From: a virus
Lineage: Duplodnaviria; Caudoviricetes
Virus record (IMG/VR): IMGVR_UViG_3300043630_000001
Location: 4,599 to 68,598 of that record
Strand: one strand, 5' to 3'
Length of the DNA: 64,000 bases
This document shows, piece by piece, positions 9,954 through 20,800 of the stretch. The position numbers were made by a program, and so were the translations under genes. Below the pieces are notes generated by a model. That model did no database searches. It saw only the letters and a program-made list of their open reading frames with translations, and had not been told where the DNA came from. Within the stretch, counting starts at the first letter, position 1; each line of letters starts with the position of its first letter.

Positions 9954-10438
9954 TCTATTTCGATCAAGCTGCCATAGCAAGAAACCTTGAGAAACTTGTC
10001 AAGGTGCGTAAAGCATTTGATGACCGTCTGAGCGCTATGTACCAGAAGCGTGTCAGGGACATGTTCAAGACGCTCGGTCTGATCTCTCCTCAGTACTCCG
10101 GGGAGTTCGCCAGCAACTGGTATATCGTGCCCGACACACCTACGCCTGGCGCATTTCAGGGCTGGCGGAACAAGCAGATAGTGAGCCCGATTGCTGGGCT
10201 GAGGTCTCCTCCGAAAGTCTTGGGGGACGGTGAGGCTGTAGAATTTGCCACAGGGCGCGCCCTGACTGTGCAGTTCACGTATAGGCAGAAAGTCTATTTT
10301 GTGAATAGTGACCCGCTGGAGTTCACAGCCACCACAGTGACAGATACATCTGGAGAGACTAGGCAGCTGCGGCCAAGCAACTTGCTGACGCCTCCGCAGA
10401 TGATGTTCAGCTACTTAAAATCGAGGTACGCGGTATGA
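9950..10438 (+). CDS. Putative tail completion protein (HK97 gp10-like position)
   Basis: SPQYSGEFASNW resembles the PVDTG..R.SW motif region. Synteny fits. Confidence 0.45.
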   Translation: MIYFDQAAIARNLEKLVKVRKAFDDRLSAMYQKRVRDMFKTLGLISPQYSGEFASNWYIVPDTPTPGAFQGWRNKQIVSPIAGLRSPPKVLGDGEAVEFATGRALTVQFTYRQKVYFVNSDPLEFTATTVTDTSGETRQLRPSNLLTPPQMMFSYLKSRYAV

Positions 10439-10863
10439 CTATTACACTAGTGAGAGAGCAGGCGCGGGTGGACGTGTCTACGGTGGTAGCTGCTATCGTG
10501 ACGGCATGGACTGACTACCCACTTGTGGTGGAGATGGATAACCGCCAAGCTGTGGACCAGGCCAAGCAAGTTAAGCCTTACCTGCAGGTGGAGTTGAGGC
10601 TGATCACAGGGCAGCAAGCCGACTTGGCAGATAATCCACTTGTGCGCCAGGACGGGCAGATCTTGCTATCGGTCGTGGCTAAGGCAGGATCGGGCACGTC
10701 AGACAGCAATAAGCTTCTGGACTTTATTCGCCCTTACTTCAACGGCAAACGTATAGGCATTTTGGAATGCAAGGCTTTTGAGGACTACCCATGCAAGCCT
10801 AAGGACGGCTGGTATTATTCTTTGGCAGTTGTGAATTTTTACTACAACTATCTGACTAATTAG
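10435..10863 (+). CDS. Putative tail terminator protein
   Basis: 142 aa, immediately before the tail tube gene. GQILLSVVAKAGSGT segment. Confidence 0.55.
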   Translation: MTITLVREQARVDVSTVVAAIVTAWTDYPLVVEMDNRQAVDQAKQVKPYLQVELRLITGQQADLADNPLVRQDGQILLSVVAKAGSGTSDSNKLLDFIRPYFNGKRIGILECKAFEDYPCKPKDGWYYSLAVVNFYYNYLTN

Positions 10864-10880
10864 TCAAACTTTTGTAAAAC

Positions 10881-10903
10881 TGGCACTATTCTGGTGCTAT
10901 ACT
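10881..10903 (+). promoter_or_regulatory. Putative late promoter TGGCAC-N7-GTGCTATACT
   Basis: Extended -10 TGcTATACT with an inverted half-site upstream. SD GGAG precedes ATG 10935. Confidence 0.5.
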
Positions 10904-10934
10904 TTCGTGGCAAACTTAACTTGGAGAAACCCTC

Positions 10935-12149
10935 ATGACTCTCGCTTCTACGAATCGCGTGCAAATGCGCATTATAGCGGAATCGGTCTATAACACCATT
11001 CCTGTCTCTGGCAACCCTTATAACCTGCGTATGACCGGCGAGAGTCTGGACTTCACACGTACGAAAGAGAGTGACAAGGAGATCCGTGATGACCGCCAAC
11101 TGTCTACAACCACCACAGTGGATGCGCAGGCAGCCGGCGACATAAAAGTCCACGTGCAGTATGCTGAATACGACCGCCTGTTCGCCGCCGTTCTTCAGGA
11201 CACCTGGACAGTTTTCGGCACAAATGGCGTAGGTACGACTTTTACTGCTGATTACACAGCAACAACGATCACCGCCTCAGTGGCCACGTCTGGCTCCAGT
11301 ATTTTCACCAGCCTGCAAAAAGGCCAATGGTTCCGCCTCTTGGCACCGTCCACTGCTAACGACGGCAAACTGTTGCGCGTGTCCTCTTCTGTGGCACCGA
11401 CCACCACAGTGATTACGCTGGACGCTAACACGCCGGCTACAGTTGCCACAGCTACAGCGCTCTGCGTAATTCAAACTTCCCGCCTGACCAATGGCGTCAC
11501 TATGCCATCGTTCACTCTGGAACGTGGTATGAGCGACATCAACCAGTTCATGGCCTATCGCGGCATGTGTGTCAGCAAGTTTGCTACGCAGTTTTCTGCT
11601 GGTGCGCTGAATGACGGCACTTTCAGTTTCATGGGTTCAGGCTTCACTCGCAACACTGCAACGAACCTGCCAGGCACGCCGGTGGTGTCTCAAACTTACA
11701 ACATCACCAACGGGGTTACCGGTGTAGGTAATATCTGGGCCGGTGGCGCACCTCTGACTGACTCTATCAAGTCTATGACGATTGATATTGACAATACGTT
11801 GCGTGGTCAAAAAGCAATCGGCACACTTGGCAATGTCAACATCGGCGTAGGCACCTTCATGGTTAAAGGTACTATGGAAGTGTACTTTGCTAACGGCACG
11901 CTGTATGACCAGTTTGCAAATGATACCTTCACTTCAGTGAACTTATCTGTGCAAGATACCTCTGGCAACGGCTATGTGCTCACCTTCCCTCGCGTGATGC
12001 TGACGGCGGCAAAAGTGCAAGCCGGTTCGAAGGATGCTGACTTAATGGCCAGCTTTGAATATACGGCATACGCCGACCTGGCAAATGCCACAACAGCCCT
12101 GCGTAAGACCATGTTCATGGACCGTGTAGGCGTAGCAGTTCTGCCGTAA
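10935..12149 (+). CDS. Major tail tube protein (siphovirus type)
   Basis: LRMTGESLDF...ESDKEIRDDRQ N-terminus, SFTLERGMSDINQF, and VKGTMEVYFANGTLYDQF are typical of tail tube proteins. Confidence 0.85.
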   Translation: MTLASTNRVQMRIIAESVYNTIPVSGNPYNLRMTGESLDFTRTKESDKEIRDDRQLSTTTTVDAQAAGDIKVHVQYAEYDRLFAAVLQDTWTVFGTNGVGTTFTADYTATTITASVATSGSSIFTSLQKGQWFRLLAPSTANDGKLLRVSSSVAPTTTVITLDANTPATVATATALCVIQTSRLTNGVTMPSFTLERGMSDINQFMAYRGMCVSKFATQFSAGALNDGTFSFMGSGFTRNTATNLPGTPVVSQTYNITNGVTGVGNIWAGGAPLTDSIKSMTIDIDNTLRGQKAIGTLGNVNIGVGTFMVKGTMEVYFANGTLYDQFANDTFTSVNLSVQDTSGNGYVLTFPRVMLTAAKVQAGSKDADLMASFEYTAYADLANATTALRKTMFMDRVGVAVLP

Positions 12150-12153
12150 TACT

Positions 12154-12183
12154 TAGATGGCAGGCCTTAAGGCCTGCCATCTA
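12154..12183. terminator. Perfect 30-bp palindrome between convergent genes (bidirectional terminator candidate)
   Basis: TAGATGGCAGGCCTT|AAGGCCTGCCATCTA, between the tail tube stop (12149) and the antisense nuclease stop (12188). Confidence 0.7.
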
Positions 12184-12187
12184 CTGT

Positions 12188-13855
12188 CTACAGATTTAGC
12201 TCCCACTTAGTCAGACCACAGTCATAAATTTGATAGATTCTGTTTGCTTCACAGTTCTGCTTCTCACTCATCTCCGGATTAAATACTTTCAGCTTCTTAG
12301 AGAGATGCTTCCTCTGGTAGTTTGATTTGTGTATCCGTCTGTTGTTCACTACGTAGGTGTAGTCTGGATCACTCACCTTTACGAGTGAGAACCCCAGCTG
12401 TCTATACATGTCACCTTTAGAGTACCTGTTGTCTGAAAAGCTGACTACCTGCTTAGGGTCAAACTGCAAGGTAAATGCCTTTAAAAGTTTAGAGGCACCG
12501 CCCACCACAAGACGTGAAGTGGCATACCTTGCCAGGTTCCAGGTACCCTCAGTAATTTTTCCTCGGCCTCCAGACCCCTTCTGGAAACTCATGCAGGCAA
12601 CTAAGTCGTTTTCAAACATAAGCCCCAAGTGGACCGTGGCGCCACAGGCACCTTGGATGTGGTTTCTGGTGCAGAACTCTTTAGCTACAGAAGGCTTTAA
12701 GGTAACAACTTCAGTTGCCCTGGCCCCTACCCTGCTCTTGGCTGTCCCAGGGAGCTTGCTGAGGATTAAGTTAATAACTTGAGAGCGCTGCAGCCTCCAC
12801 TCATCTTCAAATATCTGAAGGAGGAAGATACCTTGGCTGTTGGCTATGTCTAACTTACGCCTATGGCAATCGTTCTTCTTGACCCTTGAACTGTGGAAAT
12901 AGAGGCCGTTAAGCTCAATGCCTATGCTCAGTTCAGGCAGCCAGATGTCTATTTCTAATTTCCCTTCCAGTTTTCTCTGGTCCCGCTCCACTACCTGGCC
13001 GGCGTCTATCAAGATCTGGCAGATATCCTTATGCCATTGAGTGTCCCTACCCCTCCAGCACTTAGGGCACCCTTGCCCAGCAAACACGTGGTTTGCTGCT
13101 TCCTGGCGGAACTCTCCGTGGAGTGGGCAGCAAACTAAGAGCTTGTCTTTAGTGTTCCTGTACTGAGGTGCTTCAGGATCTTTTGGATAGCTGAACCGTC
13201 CCTTGTGCCCTACTGAAGCCAAAGTAGTTATGTCAGAGTGGCTGTGCGCCCTCAAGGCAGATCGTCTAGAAAGACCACACAGCTGACAGCCTCGGCCTTG
13301 CTGATGCTTGCTAGCCTCCAGGCTAAACCTCCCGTGAGTCTTGCATATGATTGCAACTACACTTCTGTTGTTTCTGTATCCTGGACAGCTATCCGGGTAG
13401 GTGTACGTGTCCCCATGAGCTACCTTGAACCCAGCTACGGCTGCTTCATAGCTCTTTGCCGCAAAAGGGCTACACTTGGGGCACTTCTGACCTTGTGTAT
13501 GCGCAAACGCTGACATCATAAACTCACCGTGCACCTTGCAGACCACAGATATTGGCGACTTGATGTTTACATAGCCTGGATGAGTAGCTGCATAAGCGTA
13601 CTCATTTTGGTGTATGTCTAAGCACCTGGACACTACGGCTTCATAGCTTGTTCTGACAGACCCTCCGCAAGCTGGGCAGCCAGAGCCACAGACATGGCTG
13701 CCTGCTTCTTGTGCAAAGTTTCCATGGTTAGGGCAGGTAATCAGAATCTTACTCTCCCGGCTCTTGTAGCTAGGGTCACTAGCAGGGTATGAGTACTTTC
13801 CTCTGTGCTTGATTATGGCTTCCTGTACAGTCATCTCATAGGTTTTGGCTGGCAT
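12188..13855 (-). CDS. Hef-like homing endonuclease: four Zn-finger (DUF723/CapR-like) repeats, a Vsr/PD-(D/E)XK-like nuclease and a C-terminal GNAT/Mom-like domain
   Basis: Four repeats CxxHG.F...A..H..G..CxxC; LEIDIWLPELSIGIELNGLYFHS; NHIQG...ARYAT...GGASKLL...SFSDNRYSKGDMYRQLGF. Start ATG 13855 has SD GGAGAG. Confidence 0.75.
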   Translation of the reverse strand: MPAKTYEMTVQEAIIKHRGKYSYPASDPSYKSRESKILITCPNHGNFAQEAGSHVCGSGCPACGGSVRTSYEAVVSRCLDIHQNEYAYAATHPGYVNIKSPISVVCKVHGEFMMSAFAHTQGQKCPKCSPFAAKSYEAAVAGFKVAHGDTYTYPDSCPGYRNNRSVVAIICKTHGRFSLEASKHQQGRGCQLCGLSRRSALRAHSHSDITTLASVGHKGRFSYPKDPEAPQYRNTKDKLLVCCPLHGEFRQEAANHVFAGQGCPKCWRGRDTQWHKDICQILIDAGQVVERDQRKLEGKLEIDIWLPELSIGIELNGLYFHSSRVKKNDCHRRKLDIANSQGIFLLQIFEDEWRLQRSQVINLILSKLPGTAKSRVGARATEVVTLKPSVAKEFCTRNHIQGACGATVHLGLMFENDLVACMSFQKGSGGRGKITEGTWNLARYATSRLVVGGASKLLKAFTLQFDPKQVVSFSDNRYSKGDMYRQLGFSLVKVSDPDYTYVVNNRRIHKSNYQRKHLSKKLKVFNPEMSEKQNCEANRIYQIYDCGLTKWELNL

Positions 13856-13962
13856 AAACTCTCCGTAAAACACCACCTTACCAGATATCGGCTACACCAG
13901 CAAGCCCTGTTCAGGCAACTGCCAATTCCGCTCTTTATTACTTTTGGCTAAGTGCTCTAAGT

Positions 13963-13992
13963 TTGACATTTCCCCGAAGTTTGATATACACT
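13963..13992 (+). promoter_or_regulatory. Sigma70-like promoter restarting tail transcription
   Basis: TTGACA at 13963-13968, then AAGTTTGA-TATACACT. SD AGGAG precedes ATG 14021. Confidence 0.6.
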
Positions 13993-14020
13993 AAACGTTC
14001 AATTTAACCAGGAGTATCAA

Positions 14021-14467
14021 ATGGATATTTTTAATGCTTTCGCTACGGACATGGCTAAAGAAGACCAAGGCGTTGAGTGCCAGCTCGACGACGCTTTCTT
14101 CACAATTGGCCGAGCGAACAATACGGCGTATAACCGGGTGTTCATGGAACTGTACGAAAAGCATCGCCAGGCATTGGACATGAAGAACGCCGAGTCCGAG
14201 CGTATCTCCAAGGTGATCGATCTGGATGTAACGTCCAAGACGGTACTGCTGGGCTGGAAGGGCACTGTCACATTCAAGGGTGAAAGCCTGAGCTACTCTG
14301 TGGCAAACGCTCGCCTGTTGCTCGAAGTGAAAGACTTCCGTTCCTGGGTGATGAAGCAAGCGAACAATTTTGAACTGTATCGTGTCGTTCAGGAGGAAGC
14401 CGACACAAAAAAATCAGTGACTACCTCCGATGGAACCTTGAGTGGGGAAGTAGTATTCAGTTCTTAA
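14021..14467 (+). CDS. Tail assembly chaperone (gpG-like)
   Basis: 148 aa upstream of the tape measure gene. IGRANNTAY...VLLGWKG...YSVANARLLL pattern. Slippery site near the 3' end. Confidence 0.75.
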   Translation: MDIFNAFATDMAKEDQGVECQLDDAFFTIGRANNTAYNRVFMELYEKHRQALDMKNAESERISKVIDLDVTSKTVLLGWKGTVTFKGESLSYSVANARLLLEVKDFRSWVMKQANNFELYRVVQEEADTKKSVTTSDGTLSGEVVFSS

Positions 14468-14769
14468 CCCAGAAATGGAAAGCGGAGGGGAACATGCCTC
14501 CGGGTCTCAGGGACAGACCGGCACTGGACATCAAGCAGACTGCGTTGTTTAAGCATTTTGAATTGTTGTCCCCTAGCCGGCCTATGGGTCCAGTTGGACC
14601 TCTAGCTATCCCCATTTCTGAAGTAGAAGCGTATTGCCGGCTATATGCCATAGGCACCCTCACCCGGCGTAGCGAAGTACACAGAGTGATTAGCAAGCTT
14701 GACCCTATATTCCTTGAGTACTGTGACAAAAAGCGCAAAGAATCAGAAGAAGCTGCTAAACGAAAATAA
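14021..14769 (+). CDS. Tail assembly chaperone extended product (gpGT-like) made by -1 programmed frameshift
   Basis: A AAA AAA at 14407-14413. The -1 frame is open from there (KISDYLRWNLEWGSSIQFL...) through ORF 14494-14769. Confidence 0.75.
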
Positions 14770-14773
14770 GAAG

Positions 14774-14821
14774 TTGCAACCCTCAGGCTCCTGTTAGATA
14801 ATGCCCATCTAACAGGAGCCT
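14774..14821 (+). promoter_or_regulatory. Promoter TTGCAA-N17-GATAAT embedded in a 15-bp hairpin that sequesters the tape measure SD
   Basis: Arms AGGCTCCTGTTAGAT (14785-14799) and ATCTAACAGGAGCCT (14807-14821). AGGAG at 14814-14818 is the SD of ATG 14828. Confidence 0.6.
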
Positions 14822-14827
14822 TTCCCT

Positions 14828-17800
14828 ATGGACAATGAAAAACTTGAGATTGGGTTTAACAGCCCTGGTGTTGAGCTGATTGAACGGGCCGTAAGCGCCC
14901 TGGACAATTTGCACAAAGCGATGGCTCAGTTGGGGTCTGGCTCCGCTGGCGCGTCTCTCAAGAGCGTAGAGTCTCAGATGCAGATCATGCAGGCGTCGAT
15001 GACGACTGGCTTTACTGAGATAGAGGTCCGCCTTAACAGTTTCGAGGCCAAGACCAAAGCAGTTTCTAAAACATCCATGCAAGCTGCCATGGACGAGGAA
15101 CGCTGGATCAACGCTCGCCTGGAAGGCCAGCGCCGTTACGCTGCCGGTGTTGTTGAAGCTGACGACCGTGCAATTACCTCTCTCGAAAAGCTCACCAGTG
15201 CGATAGCTAAAGCTTCTACCCGTCCAGGCTACTTAGCCGCAGGACCATCGTGGTGGGAAGAAGAGCTTGCCAAACAGGAAAAAGCGTCTGCTCAACTGGA
15301 AGCCAGCTATCAGAAGTCAATCGTTGAATTGGATAAGCTTTCCAAGTCAGCTATCAAGGCCGTCACGCAGCCTGGCTACTTAGCTGCAGGACCATCATGG
15401 TGGGAAGAAGAGCTTGCCAAACAGGAAAAAGCGTCTGCCAGGCTAGAGTCAAATTACCAGAAATCGATTGTTGAATTAGACAAGCTGGCGAAATCTGCCA
15501 TCAAGGCCGTTACACAACCTGGGTACGTTCCGGCAGGACCATCGTGGTGGGATACTGAGCTGGCCAAAGAAGAGGCCGCGCTGGAGCGTATGCGCCTGCT
15601 GAACACTAAATTCTTAGCTGCCAGCCCGGGCGCGCAGCTGTCAACTGCCAAGGAAGCCCAGGTTTACGGTAGCTTGGGAGGCGACGTCACGGCCAAGTAC
15701 GGTACCAGTGCCGCTGGCCTGGCTTCCAACACTGCTGAGTATGCCAAGCTGGAGCAGGCTGCTAAGGCTTCTGCCGGAGCAATTGATCACCACAACCAGG
15801 CGATGCAGGAGGGGCATGCGTTTGCCCGAGGGCTGTCAGGCGCACTTGGTACGCTGTGGATTACCTATGGCTCGCTGGTGCCACTGCTTGCCGGTGCTGC
15901 GATTGCGGGTTCCCTCAAGAAAATTTATGACATAGGCAAAGACGTAGAGTACCAGCTGGCATTTGTGAAGGCTTTGACTGACACGCCAGTAGACCTGGAC
16001 AAATTCCTTGCCATTACGTCAGGTACGGTCGTGTCAATACACGAAGCGGCTGAAGGCATGCGTGCCTTGGCCCAGAACGGCTTAAACGCTCAGCAGTCGC
16101 TGCAGGCTTTACCAGCAATCCTGAACCTGGCCACTATTGGCGAAATGTCTGTGAGTCAGGCTGCGCTGTCGGCTACTGGCGTGCTCACTGCTTTCAACTT
16201 GGAGCTGTCGGAACTTGGACGGGTAGGTGACGTTTTTGCCAAGGCCGCAGCAACCTCAAACACCTCAGTAGCCGGCATGACTGAGTCGATGAAGACCGCG
16301 TCTACCGCATCCTCTCTTTTCGGCGTATCGCTGGAAGAGACAGCAGCATCTATTGGTGTTTTAGCCAAACTAAACATTGTAGGCACGGCAGCAGGTACGT
16401 CTTTCCGCAATATTTTGAAAGACCTGTACGAGCCAACAAAGAAACAAGCTGACGCTCAGAAAGCGTTAGGCATCTCTACACGGGACAGCAGCGATCAACT
16501 GAAAAATTACGTACAGGTACTGAGTGACATACGTGCAAAAACCGCAGCGCTCAGCGAAGGAGGCAAGCTCAACTTCCTCAGTCAGCTATCTGACGAGCGT
16601 GGCGCCAAAGCGCTGATTGCCACCTTGGCCAACTGGGACGAGTTCACTGCCAAGATCGAGGAAGCCAAGAATGCAGCCGGGTTTACGGCTGAAGCCGTAG
16701 TGAAACTTGAGGATACTGTGCAAGGCGCTTCTAAGCGCATGGCTAACAACATCCAGGATACGTTTATCAAGGCGTTCTCCGAGGCTTCTCCTATTATTCA
16801 GCGTACCGTGACTGAGCTGGGAGACTTGGCCAAGTCCAAAGACCTGGTAAGTTTCTTCAGCGGATTGGCTGAAGGGGTGGCCAATCTTACACGGTTTATC
16901 GTAGAGCACGCCTCAACGATTAAGACTTTGCTGGAAGTATACATAGGGTTCAAGACACTTACCTATGCCGTGGCCTCATACCAAGCACTTGCTATTGCTA
17001 TGGGAACGTCCACAGCAGTTACCACAGCAGAGGCTGCCGCTACGCGCATGGCTACTGCTATTAAGACAGCTTACACCGGTGCTGTGGCCTCAAGTACATT
17101 AACTTTGGTCGGAGAAAACGTGGTAATGGGTGCAGCCACGGTAACTTCAGGTATGCTGGCCACGGCCACTACCTTTCTGGCCGGGACTTTCCGATTACTG
17201 GTGGCCTCACTTGGTCCAATCGCCTTGGCGGTGACTGCTGCAGTGACAGTGTACGAATTGTTTATCAAGCGTGCTTCCGAGACAGATAAAGAACTGCTGC
17301 GCAACAGTAACACCCTGAACGTGATTAACGAAGACCTGGATAAGCAAATTGACAAATTGGCAAAACGTAACGCTTTGTGGAACCCTAAGACTTTTGAGCA
17401 TGCTCCAGAGGACATAGCCGCGTCTGATAGCCTGGCTAAGGCTAAGCTTGAAGTGAACCGCGCGCAGGCCTTGGTAGACCAGGCGGAGAGGGTCGCTGCT
17501 GACCGGCTGCAGAATCAGGGATCGTCACGTGGCACGACCAGGGCGAATAACGAGGTGGCTGAGTACCGTAAAGTGCTGGAAGAGAAAAAATCGCTCTTGA
17601 AGGCAGCTTTAGACGAAGAGGCCTCCATGGTTGATAAGCGCCGGGACGAGCAGCAAGATAAAGAACTGGATGCTTTCCGCAGTGGCCAGGAAAACTTAAT
17701 TAAAGAACTTAAAAAGTTCCGTGCTCAAGCCGACGCCATAGGCGGGTATACCTACACCAAAGATGGCCAAAAGGTTGAAGGGTCTGGCCACACTCTGGCG

Positions 17801-20800
17801 ACACCTGCGCAAAGCGAAGTCTATCAAGGAGCAGATTCGCTTATCGCTGCAGTGAAAGCCGCAGCCACGCCAGCGGACCTGAAGGACATCATTTCCAGTT
17901 TTGACGCACTCAAAGCAAAGCTGAGTGAAGTCAGTCAAGGGTATGAGAAGGCTGACCCGTCCAAGCTGAACCAAGCGTACGCTGCTGCCAAAGAAAAAAT
18001 TACTGAAGCACTACAGCTCCGCGAGAGAGAGATCAAGCAGACATACACGCTCATTGAGCTGAAGGCTAAGAATGGCGACGCCGGGCCTATGGAGCTGATT
18101 ACCGCTGAAGGCGTGAAGAACGTCGAGGTGGCTCTGGCCAAGATGGAAGCTGCACATGCTCTGGCAGACTTAGCAGCTAAGCGTAGCGATAAACCGGGTG
18201 ACATCGAAAAAGCCGTGGGTGAGTGGAAAAAGGCCCGACAAGACGCTAGCGACGCTATAGAGGTGCAGGACCAAAAACTGGCCAACTATGAAACTGCGAT
18301 GGAGCAGGAAACTACCAAAAATTACATCCAGGAACTCACTGCACGTAAGCAGTATCGTAAGGCTGCGGAAGTTGAAGCTGAAGCTGACTTTGGTAAGACA
18401 ATTCGCGGCCTGAAAGCGGACATTGTCAATTTTAACTTGGACGAGAGCAATTCTGCACAGTTCCCCGTATTCAACAAAATGTTGAAAGAACTGGATGGCT
18501 TTGAGAAAAAATTCGAAGCTAAGGTGAACGCAGGAAAGATGAAGGAACTTGCTGAAGGCATGAAGACAGCCGGTGACCAGGTAGCTGAGGTGATGTCTAA
18601 CCTGCAGCTGAAGGCTAAGGCTGCAGCAGGCATCTTTGACAGGGACAGTCTTGAGGAAACTATTGGGTCGTTGGGGCTTATTCGAGATGAGTTTGCCGCT
18701 ACAGGCAAAGCTGCTGAGGACCTGTTTGACAAGACGGGCGATCCTCAAGCTTTTCAGGTATTCCGCGCTGCGCAGAAAGATGTGGCAAAGCTGGGTAACG
18801 ATATTCTGGCGCTCAAGCAAAAGCTTGCCATGGGGCCATTCACAGAACTTGCTAAAAACTTTGCTAGCCTGGGTGACTCGTTTAAGGGCATCGCTACAGC
18901 GATTACCGGTGTAGGCGAAGCGTACACCAAACTGATCACGCTATCTGAACTGGAGAGCCAAGGCGAGAAAATAAAAACTCAAGATCGTATTGGCGCTTAT
19001 GGTGACATGGCGTCTGCGGCTAAAGGTTTCTTTGGGGAGAATACTGCAGGGTACCGCGCACTGGACGGCGCTGCGAAAATCTTCCATACAGCTCAGGTTG
19101 CAATGAACCTGGTGGAGATGGCACAGCTAGCTATTAAGGCCGTGATGTCGCAGGGTAGTGGTGACCCCTACACAGCTTGGCCTCGCATGGCTGCCATGGC
19201 AGCAGTGATGGCTGGACTTGGCTTTGCTGTCGGTGGTGGATTTGACCACGGAGGCGGAGGCGGGCAGACAGCAGCGGAAGTGCAGAAGACCCAAGGTACC
19301 GGATCAGTGTTTGGCGACGCCACAGCGAAATCAGAATCAATCGTGAAGTCAATGGAGATATTGAAAAATAACTCTAATATGATGCTGCCTGTTAACCAGG
19401 GTATGCTGGCGGCTCTGAAAAATATCGAAGCGTCAATGACCGGGCTGACAAACTTGCTGATACGTACACCAGGAGTTGCTGAAGGCACGAATCTGGGGAT
19501 AGCTACTGGGCAGATTAACGCCAAGGGTTCGCCTACTGACATAGTCTCCAACGTCATGACGGGTGTTACGAAAATTCTGTTCCCAGTAATTGGCGGCGGC
19601 ATTGCAAGCTTTATCAATAACTTGTGGGGCAAGACGACACAGAATATTGTGGATTCCGGCATCAAGTTTGGAGGCAGCCTTTCAGCGCTGCAGGCGGGAC
19701 AGGGGTACAACCAGTACGCGAGTGTTGACACGACTACTTCAAGTTGGTTTGGTCTGTCTAAGAGCACATCCAACAGTGTACAGACACAGAATTTGAACCA
19801 GGAGCTAAGCAACCAGTTTGGCCTGATCTTTACGAGCCTGGAGAAAACTTTGCAGGTAGCGTCGGGCAGCCTGGGGTCGTCGGCCACGGATGTTGAGAAA
19901 GCGCTCAGCCAACTTGAGATAGCACCTACTACACTGTCGCTGAAAGGCCTGACAGGCCAGGCGCTTACAGACGCACTGAACGCAGTCATCAGTAAGACGA
20001 TGGACGAGATAGCCATGACGGCTCTGCCAGGGCTGGACCAGTTCCGCGCGGTAGGTGAAGGCTACGCCCAGACAGTGATTCGAGTGGCTAGCGGGATTGA
20101 AGAGGCTAAAGGCGCCCTTGAGAAATTTGGTATTGCTGCTATCGACTTTAAGTATGTCACGGACAAGCAGGGTGACGTTGGTGCTGAGATTGTTCGCCAA
20201 TCGATTATGGCTGTGGAAGTCATCAAGGCACACTACGACGCTGGCGCTATAGGGGCTACGGTCTATGCTTCGTCGCTGAATGGCATCGGCGAAATAATGA
20301 AGAACATGCAGGGCACCGCCTCAGAACTTGCCACGGAATACCAAGCACTGTTGGACGTCCGGAAGCTTCTGCGCGCTTCCAACACCGATGACCAACTGCT
20401 GAGTCTGAGCATGATCAAAGGTGCGGGCGGACAGTCTGAGTTGACCAACGGTTTGCAGGCGTACAACGATAAGTTCTTCACCGATGCAGAGAAAAACGCC
20501 TCAGCCCTGAAAGAACTGAATATGCAGTTTGAAGATCTCGGGGTAACTTCTATACCGAAAACTCACAAAGAGTTCCGTAGCCTGGTTGAAGGCATTGACC
20601 TCACCACTGAAGCAGGTCAGCGGTTGTTTGGCGGTTTAGTCACTTTGAGCAGTGCTTTTGACACTGCCTCTGCAGCGGCAGAAGCTGCTGCAGCCTTAGT
20701 GATAGCTTCTGCTGCAACGGCTCGCCGCGAAGACGTAGCTATTCGCAATAGCGCAGATGAAGCAATAGCGACTGCGGCAAAGACTGCGGCTGACGCGTTG

